Assembly: GCA_963718665.1 (NCBI GenBank)
Contig: OY970359.1
Location: 1,696,001-1,760,000, forward strand
Direction: 5' to 3'
DNA from: an uncultured Phycisphaerales bacterium
GTDB lineage: Bacteria > Planctomycetota > Phycisphaerae > Sedimentisphaerales > Anaerobacaceae
Length of the DNA stretch: 64,000 bases
The notes beneath the pieces are model-generated. The model did no database searches. It saw only the letters and a program-made list of their open reading frames with translations, and was not told where the DNA came from. The translations under genes were made by a program, and so were the position numbers. Below are positions 27,281 to 38,743 of this stretch, piece by piece (position 1 is the stretch's first letter; the number at the start of each line of letters is the position of its first letter).

Positions 27281-30200
27281 ATGTCTGCAAAAAAGCATTT
27301 CCTGATTTCATCACTAATTATCATCATCACCAGCATTTGCGCCACCGTAATGGCCGAAACAATAGAAAATCCAATTTTCTATGAGACTATGGATGAGCAA
27401 GGTGGGGCTTGGGATGGTGTCAAGGGGTATAACGGCATCGACTTACTAAGCGGTAACTGGCGTGCTAATCTCCGCATTGGCAGTAACCAGGCATGGATTG
27501 ACCCTGTTTATTTCCCTGTTTCGTCTTCCACTGTAACTTACTCGAGTATCACCAGCGTGCTTACAAACGCGGCTTCAAACCCTTATGGTTTACCTTCTGG
27601 AGCAATAACGATTGATATGAATGCAACAATGGTTAACCAGACTACGCACCTAGGGCTGCGAAATGGCAGCTGCGTGGTAAGTGAGCCATGGGTAATGGAG
27701 CAAACCTACACCATTACCAACACTGGCACCAGTACGTTAAATAACATAGCATTCTATCAATACTATTTCCCCAGCCCCTATGGAAGCTATCCTACGAATC
27801 CTGAACCTTCACACGTTGATTATACCGCAGGTATTGGGGATCCTATAGGCTACATTTATGACATTACTTTCTATGGGGAAGGTAGTGGGAACTGGGCATA
27901 TACTGGTCTAAGCACCAATATTGCTCCCACTGCACATGATGTGGGCCATGGTGGTGGCTACCCGGATCCACCGTACTTTTCGCCGAGTCCGCCGGTTACT
28001 CCTTCTGCCAACTCCACCGATGTCCTTCGACAGGTTGAGAACGACACCCTGCGGGGGTGGGCATACTACGACGCCCCGGCCGGTTCTGCTGTGGCAGGGG
28101 CTTTCAAGTGGAATATAGGGTCACTTTCACCCGGTCAACGTTACACCATTACATTCTTGGAATCGGTTGCGAATTCGGGTACAGTCCCCACCAAAGGCCC
28201 GATAACAATCCTGAAGGTTGACGACGTCAATGGTTGTGTCGGTTCCGGTCGCGAGATAAATTACACAATTGATTACAATTATCCCGCTGGGCCGAATTTT
28301 CCTGTTATAAACGACGTGAATATTGTTGACTATCTGCCGGCGGAGGTTACTTTTGTTTCAGCTTCCAACAGTGGAAGTTACAATTCCAATTCCAATACCG
28401 TTATCTGGAATATCGGGACTTTATCACCTGGTAGTTCAGGTTCTGTTACTTTGGCGGTCCTGGTGAAATACGCAGAGCCGAACAGCACAATCACAAACGA
28501 ATGCGAGATAAGAAGTAGCGGCATCCTCTATGGCACGGCTGATGACGACACTCCTGTATGCTCTGCTCCGACGCTTACGAAAGTCAATAATATTACGGGT
28601 TGTGTCGGTCCCGGCGATAACATAACCTATAGTATCTGCTACGCTGCTCACGGTTACGGCGATACGAATGTCGTAATCACCGACACTTTGCCGACCGGAG
28701 TAAATTTTGTCTCGGCTACCGGCAACTATGGGTATAGCTCCGGAACGGTAACGTGGAATATTGGCACATTAGGGGCTAACGATTCAAATTGTGTTACGGT
28801 AACAGGCCAGGTGAAATGCGTTGGGCCCGGCAGCACAATCGCAAACGAATGCGAAATGAGAGGTGATTATACCGGCCCCATATATGCTGATGACGACACT
28901 CCTGTATGCTCTGCTCCGACGCTTACGAAAGTCAATAATATTACGGGTTGTGTTGTCCCCGGCGATAACATAAACTACACTATCTGCTACGCTGCTCACG
29001 GTTATGGCGATACGAATGTAATAATCACAGATTCTCTGCCGCCCGGAGTAGATTTTGTCTCGGCTACCGGCAACTATGGATATAGCTCCGGAACGGTAAC
29101 GTGGAATATTGGCACATTAGGGGCTAACGATTCAAATTGTGTTACGGTAACAGGCCAGGTGAAATGCGTTGGGCCGGGAAGCACAATCACAAACGAATGC
29201 GAAATGAGAGGTAATTGTATCGGCCCCATATATGCTGATGACAACATCCCTGTATGCAGTCCGACGCTTACGAAAGTCAATAATATTATGGGTTGTGTCC
29301 TCCCCGGCGATGACGTAAGCTACACTATTTGCTACGCTGCTAATGGTTATGGCGATACGGATGTTGCGATTACGGATTATCTGCCGAATGAGGTGAACTA
29401 TATTTCGTCTAATCCTAATGGAACCTATAACCCTGATACTAACACGGTTACCTGGGATATAAACTTTTCTGCTGGTTCTTCTGGCTGTATCACATTGGCG
29501 GCTCAGGTTAAAAATAATGTTATACGTGGCGGCACAATCACGAATAGTTGTGAACTCAAAGGTGATTGCGTTGATATAAATACTAATGAAACCACTCCTG
29601 TGTGTTCGTCCTCGTGTCCGATTTACGTAGATATAAGCGCCACAGGCGCAAGAATGGGTCTTCGTGGGCGGATGCCTTTACAAATCTGCAGGATGCCCTC
29701 AAGGACTATAACTGTAGTGAAATCCGCGTGGCACAGGGAATTTATCGGCCAGACATTAACTCGGCTTACCCCAATGGCACGGGCGACAGGACAGCGACAT
29801 TCCAGCTTATCAATGGAGTTGCTATTTATGGCGGTTTTCCAACGGGCGGGGGGACGATGGAAGCCCGTAATCCCGCTGCTTATCAAACAATCCTTAGCGG
29901 CGACCTTCTGGGAAATGACCGGCAAGTCGCCGAACCCTGCGATTTACTTAACGACCCCTGCCGGGCGGACAATAGCTATAACGTCGTAACCGCAACGGAA
30001 ATCGGAACAACCCAAACAACCGTCCTTGACGGCTTTACAATCACAGGCGGCAACGCCAATGGCAATGACCCTTACGACTCCGGCGGTGGGATGTACGACG
30101 AAGGCGGCAGTCCAACGGTAAGAAACTGCACATTCACAAACAACTCGGCCATGGGAGAGGTGGGATGTAGTTGGGTAGGGGGCGGCGGCGGAGGAATGTA

Positions 30201-31831
30201 CGGCAACGACAGCAACTCGATGATTGTCAACTGCCTGTTCAAAAATAACTGGGCCAACAGGGGCGGTGGGTTTTGCAGCGATGGCAATAATCCAACTATT
30301 ACGAACTGCACATTCGTTGGAAATGGAGCTGATTATGGCGGCGGTGGAATAACCATAACTTACCTCAGTGGGGCAACTGTGACAAACTGTATCCTGTGGG
30401 GCAACTGGGGCAACCAGAACTGGGGCAACAGTTGGGGCAACCAGATTACCGACGAGATTACCGTGTACTCCGAAGATGCTAATGAGGCTAATGTCACCTA
30501 TTGCGATATCGAGGGCGGCTGGCCAGGCGTAGGCAATATCAGCAAAAACCCGATGTTTGGGCCGGATGGCTGGCATCTCTTGATGTGCTCGCCTTGTATC
30601 GATGCCGGGACGAATACGCCTGTCGGCGGCCTGCCGGCTACGGACATCGACGGCCAAGCACGAATAATGAATGGCCGATGCGTTGGCGAAGCCATCGTCG
30701 ATATGGGCGTTGATGAGTATTTGCCTGATTGTAATTCTAATGCCCTGTTATATGCGCATTGCCAGAGTCCGACTTGTGGGGCGACGGACGGTTTGTATGT
30801 TGGCGAAGCCCCGGATGTGAACCTTACGTGGTGTCCCGGAACTTTTGCGGCTGATGTTAATGGCCAAGACGTGTATTTCGGCACGGATTATAGCGGGGTA
30901 TATAACGCGACGACAAGCAGCCCGCAATATAAGGGCAGACAGAGTGCGACAATTTATATAGCCACCGGCCTCGAAGCAGGCGTTACTTACTATTGGCGAA
31001 TCGATGAGGTCAACGGCACTAACATCTGGCGAGGGTCTGTCTGGAGCTTCACGACAGGACTTTTCATAGATGATTTCGAGCGTTACAGCAATGCAAATGA
31101 TATGAACGCCAATTGGACAACGGGCTATACCATCAATTATTGCTACGACTCAACCTACGAAACAACATTCTCTAATGTAACCCCGGATGGGAATTTGGGC
31201 TTTGTAGTGGATAGCACTGGGAAACATATGAATTTCTACTATAACGCACAACCATTCTCAGAGGCGAGGTATGAATATGGCTCTCACGGCGTTGACTGGA
31301 CCAACAGCGGCATTGTCGGCAACGAACCTAATATGCTTGTTCTTTCCTATAAGGGGGCAATCGGCAACGCTGTAGACCCGTTTTATAACGTAATGTATGT
31401 AGCTCTTGAAGATACGGCTGGCAATGTCGGCATGTACCTCAATGACCCCAACGCCCAACAGGTAGCCGCCTGGACACAATGGTATATCCCTCTCAATGAC
31501 CCCAACTTCACCACCAATGCATATCCAAGGGCTGTGAACATGGCAGCAGTGAGCGATTTCTACATCGGCTTTGGTCAGCGTTGCCTTTTCAGCAACCCTG
31601 GGGGCATCGCCGGCGATGGTAACGTGATGTTTGACAATATCCGGCTGGAACCGCCGGTAATGCCGGGATATGCTGACTTTACTGGCGACTGCTTTGTAAA
31701 TTTTAACGATTTTGCTGTCATGGGCGGCAGAGTGGCATAGCCATAGCTGCGGCGAGGAAGCAGACCTTAACCATGATTGCTTTGTGGATTTAATGGATTT
31801 TGTGGTGCTGGCGGAGGAGTGGCTTAAGTAA
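27281..31831 (+). CDS. Very large exported protein: DUF11-like repeats, beta-helix region, dockerin-like C-terminus; two apparent frameshifts
   Basis: ORFs 27281-29989 and 29602-31740 join at about 29650 (IYVDISATG/NGSSWADAF); after a shift at about 31723 it continues AEWHS..ADLNHDCFVDLMDFVVLAEEWLK to TAA at 31831. Confidence 0.75.
28538..29300 (+). repeat. Intragenic tandem repeats, 348-bp period
   Basis: gctgatgac..ccgacgcttacgaaagtcaataatatta recurs at about 28538, 28886 and 29234. Confidence 0.9.
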
Positions 31832-32268
31832 AATAACGTGAAAATATCCGCCTGCCCGCTGTGACGGGTTTGACGAAAAGTTAGAGTTTTCGGACAAGGG
31901 CGACGACAACTACGCCTTAAGCTGCTATGCACCATTTTTCCCAGAAGGCATTTTTCATGTGAAGCGGCCACGGGATCAGGCAGTTGATGTTGATGGCGAT
32001 ACAATTAGGAGCAGGGTAAAGCGGAAAGCCGCTGAAAAACACGATTTTTTGACGATTAGAATGGTTGAGGTCTGTAAAAAATCGCATTTCAACAACGGCT
32101 TTAAGACCAACATTTTGGATTCTGGCAGATGAAGCAATAAGATTCGTGAACAATACTTTGGCATCATCGTAATTTAAGTACGTTTTGATATTATTGCAGA
32201 ATCAGAATGCTAGGTTGCGTAGCCAAGCGTTTAATATGAGAAATACTAAATTAAATGGGAAGAGAACC

Positions 32269-32919
32269 ATGAAACGGTATGGTTATTTATTGGTGGTAGC
32301 GGTCGTGGGAATATCGACCGTGGGTTGCACGTCTCCGTCAGGTCAGACGGACTACACGGCTTCCGGAGCTTTGGCCGGCGGGGCAACGGGCGCTATTATC
32401 GGCAGCACGACTCGGTCGGGTTCTGCCCCATTGGTCGGCGCAGCCGTGGGCGCAGTGGCCGGCGGCCTCATTGGACACGGCATGGACCAGGCCCAGGAGG
32501 AGCAGTTGAGAGCGCAAGCTCCACAGACGCTGCAACGGGTTGAACAGAGTCAGCCATTGACGGTGATGGACGTCAAATCGCTGGTGAAGGCAGGGATAAG
32601 CGACGATCTCGTCATCAGCCAGATTCGTAATTCTCGCACGGTCTATCATCTCAACACAGCGGACATTATTGATCTCAAGAACTCGGGTGTCAGTGAAAAG
32701 ATCATTGATTTCATGATCAACACGCCGACTCAGGTTCAGTCCGCCCAAGTGGCGGGAGTGGTAGGGACTGCGCCACCGCCACCGTTGGTCGAGCAGGTCG
32801 TCATGGCTCCGGGTCCGGACTACGTCTGGGTGGGAGGCGCGTGGGTCTGGTTCGGGGATCGTTGGGTTTGGCACCACGGCTATTGGCACAGGCCGCTGTA
32901 CGGGCACCACGGGCGATAA
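32269..32919 (+). CDS. Glycine-zipper lipoprotein with a YXWGXW-type repeat
   Basis: Lipobox TVGC; GALAGGATGAIIG; PGPDYVWVGGAW..WHHGYW. Confidence 0.8.
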   Translation: MKRYGYLLVVAVVGISTVGCTSPSGQTDYTASGALAGGATGAIIGSTTRSGSAPLVGAAVGAVAGGLIGHGMDQAQEEQLRAQAPQTLQRVEQSQPLTVMDVKSLVKAGISDDLVISQIRNSRTVYHLNTADIIDLKNSGVSEKIIDFMINTPTQVQSAQVAGVVGTAPPPPLVEQVVMAPGPDYVWVGGAWVWFGDRWVWHHGYWHRPLYGHHGR

Positions 32920-33393
32920 CCCGGCTCAGCAGGGTTCTGGAAAGCACACAACTTCGTTGATAATGCTACGATTCTCAAGGAGTATCCCGTACTGTAAAAA
33001 AATTCATCCGACTTTTAAGATGTACAAAAGGGGGGTGGTAAGAATCTTTTGTGCCTTTTGGTAAGCCTCTTTAACCAAGTGGTTGCAGAATCGCATGGTT
33101 GGCAAACAATATGCGTAATAGATAGAAGAGAATCCAGAAAGAGCTTTTCATGGATCGAAAAAACGCCAACGAGCTTAAAACACCTGAATGGGTGAAATTA
33201 GTACTGTTATATAGCCGGAATCAAAAGCAGGTAAAGCGCAAAGCTTAAATATCTCGTTAGCCAATTATTTCTCAAAGAGGTATGTAAACAGCTATCATAA
33301 AAGAGGCATTTTACTTTTCATTCCACGCCCCTCGGAGGCTTGGCATGAAAAGCACAATGCCCACGCGCCTCTTTTAAACAACCATGTGGGTAG

Positions 33394-34602
33394 ATGCTCA
33401 TGCCCTATGAACCTGATCCCTGCGAAAAGGCCCTGGAGAGCGCAAGGAGGAAGATAGAAGTGCTGCCGACTCACAGCAGCAACCGCAAGGCCATCCTCGA
33501 TTTCTCGGATTTTTGCTTCTCCGAAGGGCTGGGTACAAGGAGGGTAGTAAAATATCTTTATACTTTAGCTACCATAGCCCAGTGGCTTCCAGAAGAGTTT
33601 GACAAAGCAACTCGCCCCGATATTTAGAAGCTCGTGATCAGAATCGAGCGTTCAGGTTATGCAGAATGGACCAAGCATGATTACCGGGTTACGTTAAAGA
33701 AGTTCTTCCGCTGGCTGCGTCACTATGAGGATGGCTACCCGCCAGAAGTTAAATGGATCCGAACTACGATACAGAAGAACAGAACCAAGCTGCCGGAGGA
33801 ACTCCTCACCCCCGAGGAAGTGCAGGCCATGGTAACAGCCGCAACGACCGTTCGTGACAAGGCGTTAATTGCTTCACTTTACGAGAGCGGCTGCAGGATA
33901 AGCGAAATCCTCAACCTTCAGATAAGGCAAATACAAGAGCATCCACACGGTTTCCAAATCATGGTCAAGGGCAAGAAAGGGCCGAGACAGCTTCTGCTGA
34001 TTGCTTGTGCCCCTTACATAGCTGCATGGTTTAACTAGCATCCGAGGCGTGATGACCCACAGGCGCCTTTATGGATTTCGAGCGACTATCGCGCCCAACG
34101 TCTCAAATACGAGAGAGTTTCCACCATATTGAGGACTGTGGCTGAACGTGCTTCCGTTCGCAAGGCTGTCAATCCCCATAACTTCCGCCATAGCCGGGCC
34201 ACGCATCTTGCAAAACATCTCACCGAGGCCCAGATGAACGAATACATGGGATGGGTTCAAGGATCTGATATGCCTTCCACATACGTTCACCTTTCAGGCA
34301 GGGATGTAGATCAGGCCTTGCTCAAGCTCAATAATATTTCGGACGCTGATGAACAGGGAACAAAAGAAAGTTTTTCTCTAAGGGCCTGCCCGAGGTGCGC
34401 TCTTAGCAATCCTCCTGCGAACAAATTTTGCAGCCGTTGCGGAATGACACTGGACGAAAAAACCGCCAATGAGTTGATGAGAAGCAACATGGAGCGTGCC
34501 AAGGCAGATGAAGTCATGGACTCACTCCTGCATGACGTGGAGTTCCGCTCATTATTGGAACGAAAACTTGCACAACTTAATACAGTTACTTCGACAAAAT
34601 AA
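33394..34602 (+). pseudogene. Tyrosine recombinase/integrase with C-terminal zinc ribbon, interrupted by two in-frame TAG codons
   Basis: Three ORFs in one frame; YESGCRISE, KGKKG, HNFRHSRAT, GW, TYVHL, CPRC..FCSRCG; TAG at 33625 and 34036. Confidence 0.85.
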
Positions 34603-34941
34603 TCCCGCCCGGATTAGGCTGGATAAGGCGCGAACTCCGTCGGCCTTGGCAAAATCAACACATTCCAACTCATCACAGCTGACCAGTTTGAGTAAACGTG
34701 CATCCCCGGCACGAATCCCCAATTCGTATGGGATGTGGGATGCACTGCAAAGATGCGGCCTGATTAACAGCGCCGATGCAACGTGATTTTTATTATCCTA
34801 TTGGTTGAGCTAATATATAAAGCTGTTCAAAAAACTGGCGTGTGTTGCGTGAGGTATGCAATTCATGCCGATTAGCCAAGGCTCGCTCATTGTCGCTTCA
34901 CATAAGAGATGCCTTCTGGGAGAAATGGTGCGTGGCGGCCT

Positions 34942-35030
34942 AAATTGACCAATTTTAACAAAATAAGCTGCTTGAAGGTCAGCTTACCCAAAAACTTAGG
35001 ACCGTATGAGTCTTTTTATAGTACGGGTTC
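34942..35030. repeat. About 90-bp res-like site, copy A
   Basis: Aligns with about 37865-37954 (direct) and partly with 32986-33019 (inverted). Confidence 0.65.
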
Positions 35031-35033
35031 GCA

Positions 35034-37739
35034 CTAATTGTCATCGGTGTCTACAGTCACAGCCCACTGGGGATAAGGTTCATGGGGGCCTTTCATGGCG
35101 TGCCAGAGAATATGATTCAATACGTCTTCGGGACATTGGTCAGCTTTATCCAGGGGGAGTTTGGCTGATGTGATAGCATCTTTGCGAAGAGTAGGGTTCG
35201 ATATTTTTTTGGGATTCGGATTCATCTGATCCAGAGGGATATTCGTAGGCACGGCGACAAAGGGGGCAAAATCGGGCGTATCGGTAAAGCAGTCGGACAG
35301 CGGAGTGGCTGTGGCATCTATTTGATTCATGGGCGGCAGACCGAGAATCAATTCGATGCTACGGAGAATGCTGGTCTGGTTGTATTGCGTTTTGATGACT
35401 GCGTTACGCCTGGTGTAGGGGCTGATGACATAGGCAGTGGTTCGATAACCGCTGACATGATCCCAGCCGTCCTGCGGGTCGTCCTCAATGGCGAAAATGC
35501 AGGTTTTTTCCCAGAATTGACTATGGCCGATCGCTTCGATGATTTGTCCTAAGGCCAAGTCGTTATCCGCAACCTGAGCGGCCGGGGTCGGTGCACCAGC
35601 CCTCGTTCCAGAGGTATGATCGTTCGGCAGGCTGATGATCACCAAGTTGGGGAACTTGCCTTTTTGCTCAAATTCGTGCAGTTCTTTGATGAATTGTGCC
35701 GCCCGAAACACATCAGGAATTTCCAAGTACCAACCGACCGTCTGAGTGTCCAGATAGGGGCGAAGCGATTCGATGGCCGGTCTGCTGGAGATATTGAACA
35801 AACTGGTCTTGTTAACAAAATTGCGGTAATAACCGAGGAACGTCAGAGGGTCTTTCTTTGTAGGATCTTTCCAAGAGGTTTCGGTAATGGCGAACTCTCC
35901 ATAGTCGCGCAGCGATTTTCCGTGGGCAATGGCGTTGTCCCAGATGAAGCCAGATGGCGCATAGGCCAGCGCATCCACGCCGTTATCATCCCCCCCGGCG
36001 GGATAACTTCTCGGAAAGCCGGCGAATGATTTTTCCATGTAATCGGTGGCAAAGGCTGAGTCCGACCATTGATGGCCGTCTGCACTTAGAATACCCGAGC
36101 AATACATGTTGTCCAGCAGCACGAACTCGCGCACTATCTTGTGCTGGTTTGGTGTAACGTTTTGGCCGAAGATACACAACTTTGGATCGCCATTGCCTTG
36201 GGAAACATCGCCGAGTACCTGGTCATAGGTTCTGTTTTCCTTGATGATGTACACGACGTGTTCAAAGACAGACGGTTCGCCGACCCTTTGGGGGATAAGT
36301 CGAGGGGGCTGATTGGGTCGGGCCGGTAGCTGGGCCTCTTCCAGCAGCGGATGGCGATAATTGTCCAGCACTTGGCGAGTCAGAGCCGGCAGTTCCGCGG
36401 ATTTCGGTACGGGCAGAAGGGATAATGTGCCGTGGTATTGACGCGAGTTGAATTCGAGTTTCTCGGTGTCTTTGATACTCCTAGTTGAGCCAATGCCTTT
36501 GATATTGGCCACATATAGCCGATGCCGGACGGTATCATACGCAACCGCACCGGGAAACCACCCGACAGGAATCAATCCAATAAGTTTCGACCTGCCGGGA
36601 CAGAAGCGGACAACCGCAACGGCGTTCTGAGTGCCATTGGCGACGTAAAGCGTATCGCCTTTGGGATTAAAGACCAGAGCGTTGGGACTCGCGCCGAACA
36701 AATCGGCGGGGCTTGGCTTGACCCAGATGGTTTCCACAACTGTGTCTGTTCGCGTGTCGATCACGCTGAGCGTATCGCTGCCGGCATTGGCTACCACAAC
36801 ATAACGCCCATTGGGTGATAAAACCATGGCTGACGAATGCAATCCGACCGGGATTTGGCTTTCAGAAATATCTTGGGACAGGTGAATGACGGAAATCGAC
36901 CCTTCGTTGGCGATGTGGCGCACGGGATCCACACGCACCCGTGTACCCTGGCCGGCCGGTCCGGTGAGGCTGTTTTCATCAGGCAGGCGGCCGCCCCAGT
37001 TGCTGACATAGGCTTTATCTTTCGTCAGCACGACGTCGTAAGGGGCAACGCCTACATCCCATAGATGAAGCACCTTCCCATTAGCGGCATCAATCTCCGC
37101 CAGGCGGTTAGACAGATTCAGTGCAACGTACAGCCGCCGCCCGTCTCGGGAAACCGCCAGGCCGGCCGGGATCTCCTGCTCGCGGCGCGGCGCATTGGCA
37201 GCAGGCAAAGCGATTGAAAACAGCCCCTGCACCTGGCCGTCTGGATTGACGCCGAAAACCTTGATGTCGCCATTGACGTTGGACAAATAGAAGCGAGTGC
37301 CATCCGGGCTGAACGTCAGGCCCGTGTAACTGATTTGACTAGATTTGTCTGGCTTAAGGTTAAGAGAGGAAACCTCCGGAGACATCGGGGCTTTACTGGA
37401 GGGCATCGTTACGTTCTGCCTGATATGACCACTTAGCGGATCAATCAGCACCAGTTCCTGCGTCTTGCCGGACGTGGCGAGCAGCCGGCCGTCGGAACTC
37501 AGCGCCAGCGCCTGGGGCCTCATACCCGGCAGTTCCACCTGGATTCCTATCGGCGTGAGGATCTGGTGGACCGGCGTCATGTATGTTGAGGGTGCAATTT
37601 CGCCAACTTGCTTTTTGGTCGAAAAGTCCGGCGTATTGCACGAACTGATACAAATCAACAAAGCCACCGTCACGCTAAACATTGCTGTCGACTGCGGTAC
37701 ATTTACAGATTGTGTCGAATGTTTGCGTTCCATGCTCAT
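35034..37739 (-). CDS. YncE/YVTN beta-propeller + alkaline-phosphatase-superfamily phosphoesterase
   Basis: Propeller repeats (VANAGSDTLSVID, IPVGWFP); HVVYIIKENRTYDQVLGD, SADGHQW, LPNDHT, EDDPQDGWDHV. Confidence 0.88.
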   Translation of the reverse strand: MSMERKHSTQSVNVPQSTAMFSVTVALLICISSCNTPDFSTKKQVGEIAPSTYMTPVHQILTPIGIQVELPGMRPQALALSSDGRLLATSGKTQELVLIDPLSGHIRQNVTMPSSKAPMSPEVSSLNLKPDKSSQISYTGLTFSPDGTRFYLSNVNGDIKVFGVNPDGQVQGLFSIALPAANAPRREQEIPAGLAVSRDGRRLYVALNLSNRLAEIDAANGKVLHLWDVGVAPYDVVLTKDKAYVSNWGGRLPDENSLTGPAGQGTRVRVDPVRHIANEGSISVIHLSQDISESQIPVGLHSSAMVLSPNGRYVVVANAGSDTLSVIDTRTDTVVETIWVKPSPADLFGASPNALVFNPKGDTLYVANGTQNAVAVVRFCPGRSKLIGLIPVGWFPGAVAYDTVRHRLYVANIKGIGSTRSIKDTEKLEFNSRQYHGTLSLLPVPKSAELPALTRQVLDNYRHPLLEEAQLPARPNQPPRLIPQRVGEPSVFEHVVYIIKENRTYDQVLGDVSQGNGDPKLCIFGQNVTPNQHKIVREFVLLDNMYCSGILSADGHQWSDSAFATDYMEKSFAGFPRSYPAGGDDNGVDALAYAPSGFIWDNAIAHGKSLRDYGEFAITETSWKDPTKKDPLTFLGYYRNFVNKTSLFNISSRPAIESLRPYLDTQTVGWYLEIPDVFRAAQFIKELHEFEQKGKFPNLVIISLPNDHTSGTRAGAPTPAAQVADNDLALGQIIEAIGHSQFWEKTCIFAIEDDPQDGWDHVSGYRTTAYVISPYTRRNAVIKTQYNQTSILRSIELILGLPPMNQIDATATPLSDCFTDTPDFAPFVAVPTNIPLDQMNPNPKKISNPTLRKDAITSAKLPLDKADQCPEDVLNHILWHAMKGPHEPYPQWAVTVDTDDN

Positions 37740-37864
37740 TCTTCTTTTGTCCCTATCAAAAATCCCATACCTTAAAAATATTCATCCCATCCATCAGGCC
37801 ACCCTTTTGTATAACTTCAAAAGCCTACAACGACGAAAATGAATTATACTGCACAACTACTGAA

Positions 37865-37954
37865 AATCGACCAATTCCAATGAAATAAACTGCTTGTAAG
37901 ACCAGGTTTCCAAAAAACTTAACATCGGATGAATATTTATATAGTACGAGGTTC
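37865..37954. repeat. About 90-bp res-like site, copy B
   Basis: aaatcgaccaattcc..aaataaactgcttgtaag..aaaaactta..atatagtacgaggttc. Confidence 0.65.
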
Positions 37955-37988
37955 AAACCTACTTCTGCTTCGGCTTCACCGCCCATTT

Positions 37989-38525
37989 TCAGCATGAAGG
38001 AGCTGTTTCATAGTTCATTCCGGCCGGTTTTCCCATAAAAGCATCGTTATCAATATCCCATACCAATCTGCCAAGAGGTAAATGCTGTACGAGTCTCTGG
38101 GATGCAAACGTAGTATTTATTACAAACAGACCTGCCAGTGTGTGCTTTAAAGAGTCATTGACGTGAGGTAGAGCGCATCTGCCGATATCAAAGGCAACTT
38201 TCAAAATCGGCTCGCCTCTACGATAATGCCGAGCCAGGGCATAGGCCAAATAAAATTTGCTTTTCAAAAGACATCTTAAAAATGTTTTGGATATGCTATT
38301 CCCGCTTGTAATGATTTCATCGTGATAAATCTGCGCATAGAATTTTAGTATATGGCTTAAATGAATTGAGTTTCGGGATCGTTCGGCCCAGGGCATAAAT
38401 GACACGGACACAAAATGAATCCAGAAGGCCTCTTTTTTAGTGTAACCATAACTCACCAGCCGATTTGTTTGATTGCTGTATGTGTCGTATAGACAATCCA
38501 CCGCGTCTGACAGATAACTTATCAT
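37989..38525 (-). CDS. Hypothetical protein
   Basis: 178-aa ORF with AAGGA upstream; no recognised motif. Confidence 0.45.
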   Translation of the reverse strand: MISYLSDAVDCLYDTYSNQTNRLVSYGYTKKEAFWIHFVSVSFMPWAERSRNSIHLSHILKFYAQIYHDEIITSGNSISKTFLRCLLKSKFYLAYALARHYRRGEPILKVAFDIGRCALPHVNDSLKHTLAGLFVINTTFASQRLVQHLPLGRLVWDIDNDAFMGKPAGMNYETAPSC

Positions 38526-38743
38526 AGCATTTATTCCTTAATCACGTTATTTTTTGCGTTAAGTAATACATAACCGAGCAATGTTCAGACTGTGTTAATA
38601 TCCTATTATTTTTTGTATATTTAAGGATGGTTCCAACGTTCATTTCAGAAGTTAACATAACCTAAAGGAGTCAAAAACACTTTATTCAATAGTTTCCACT
38701 CAGGGATGTAATTTTCGGTAGGGACAAATATAGTATGATAGCT

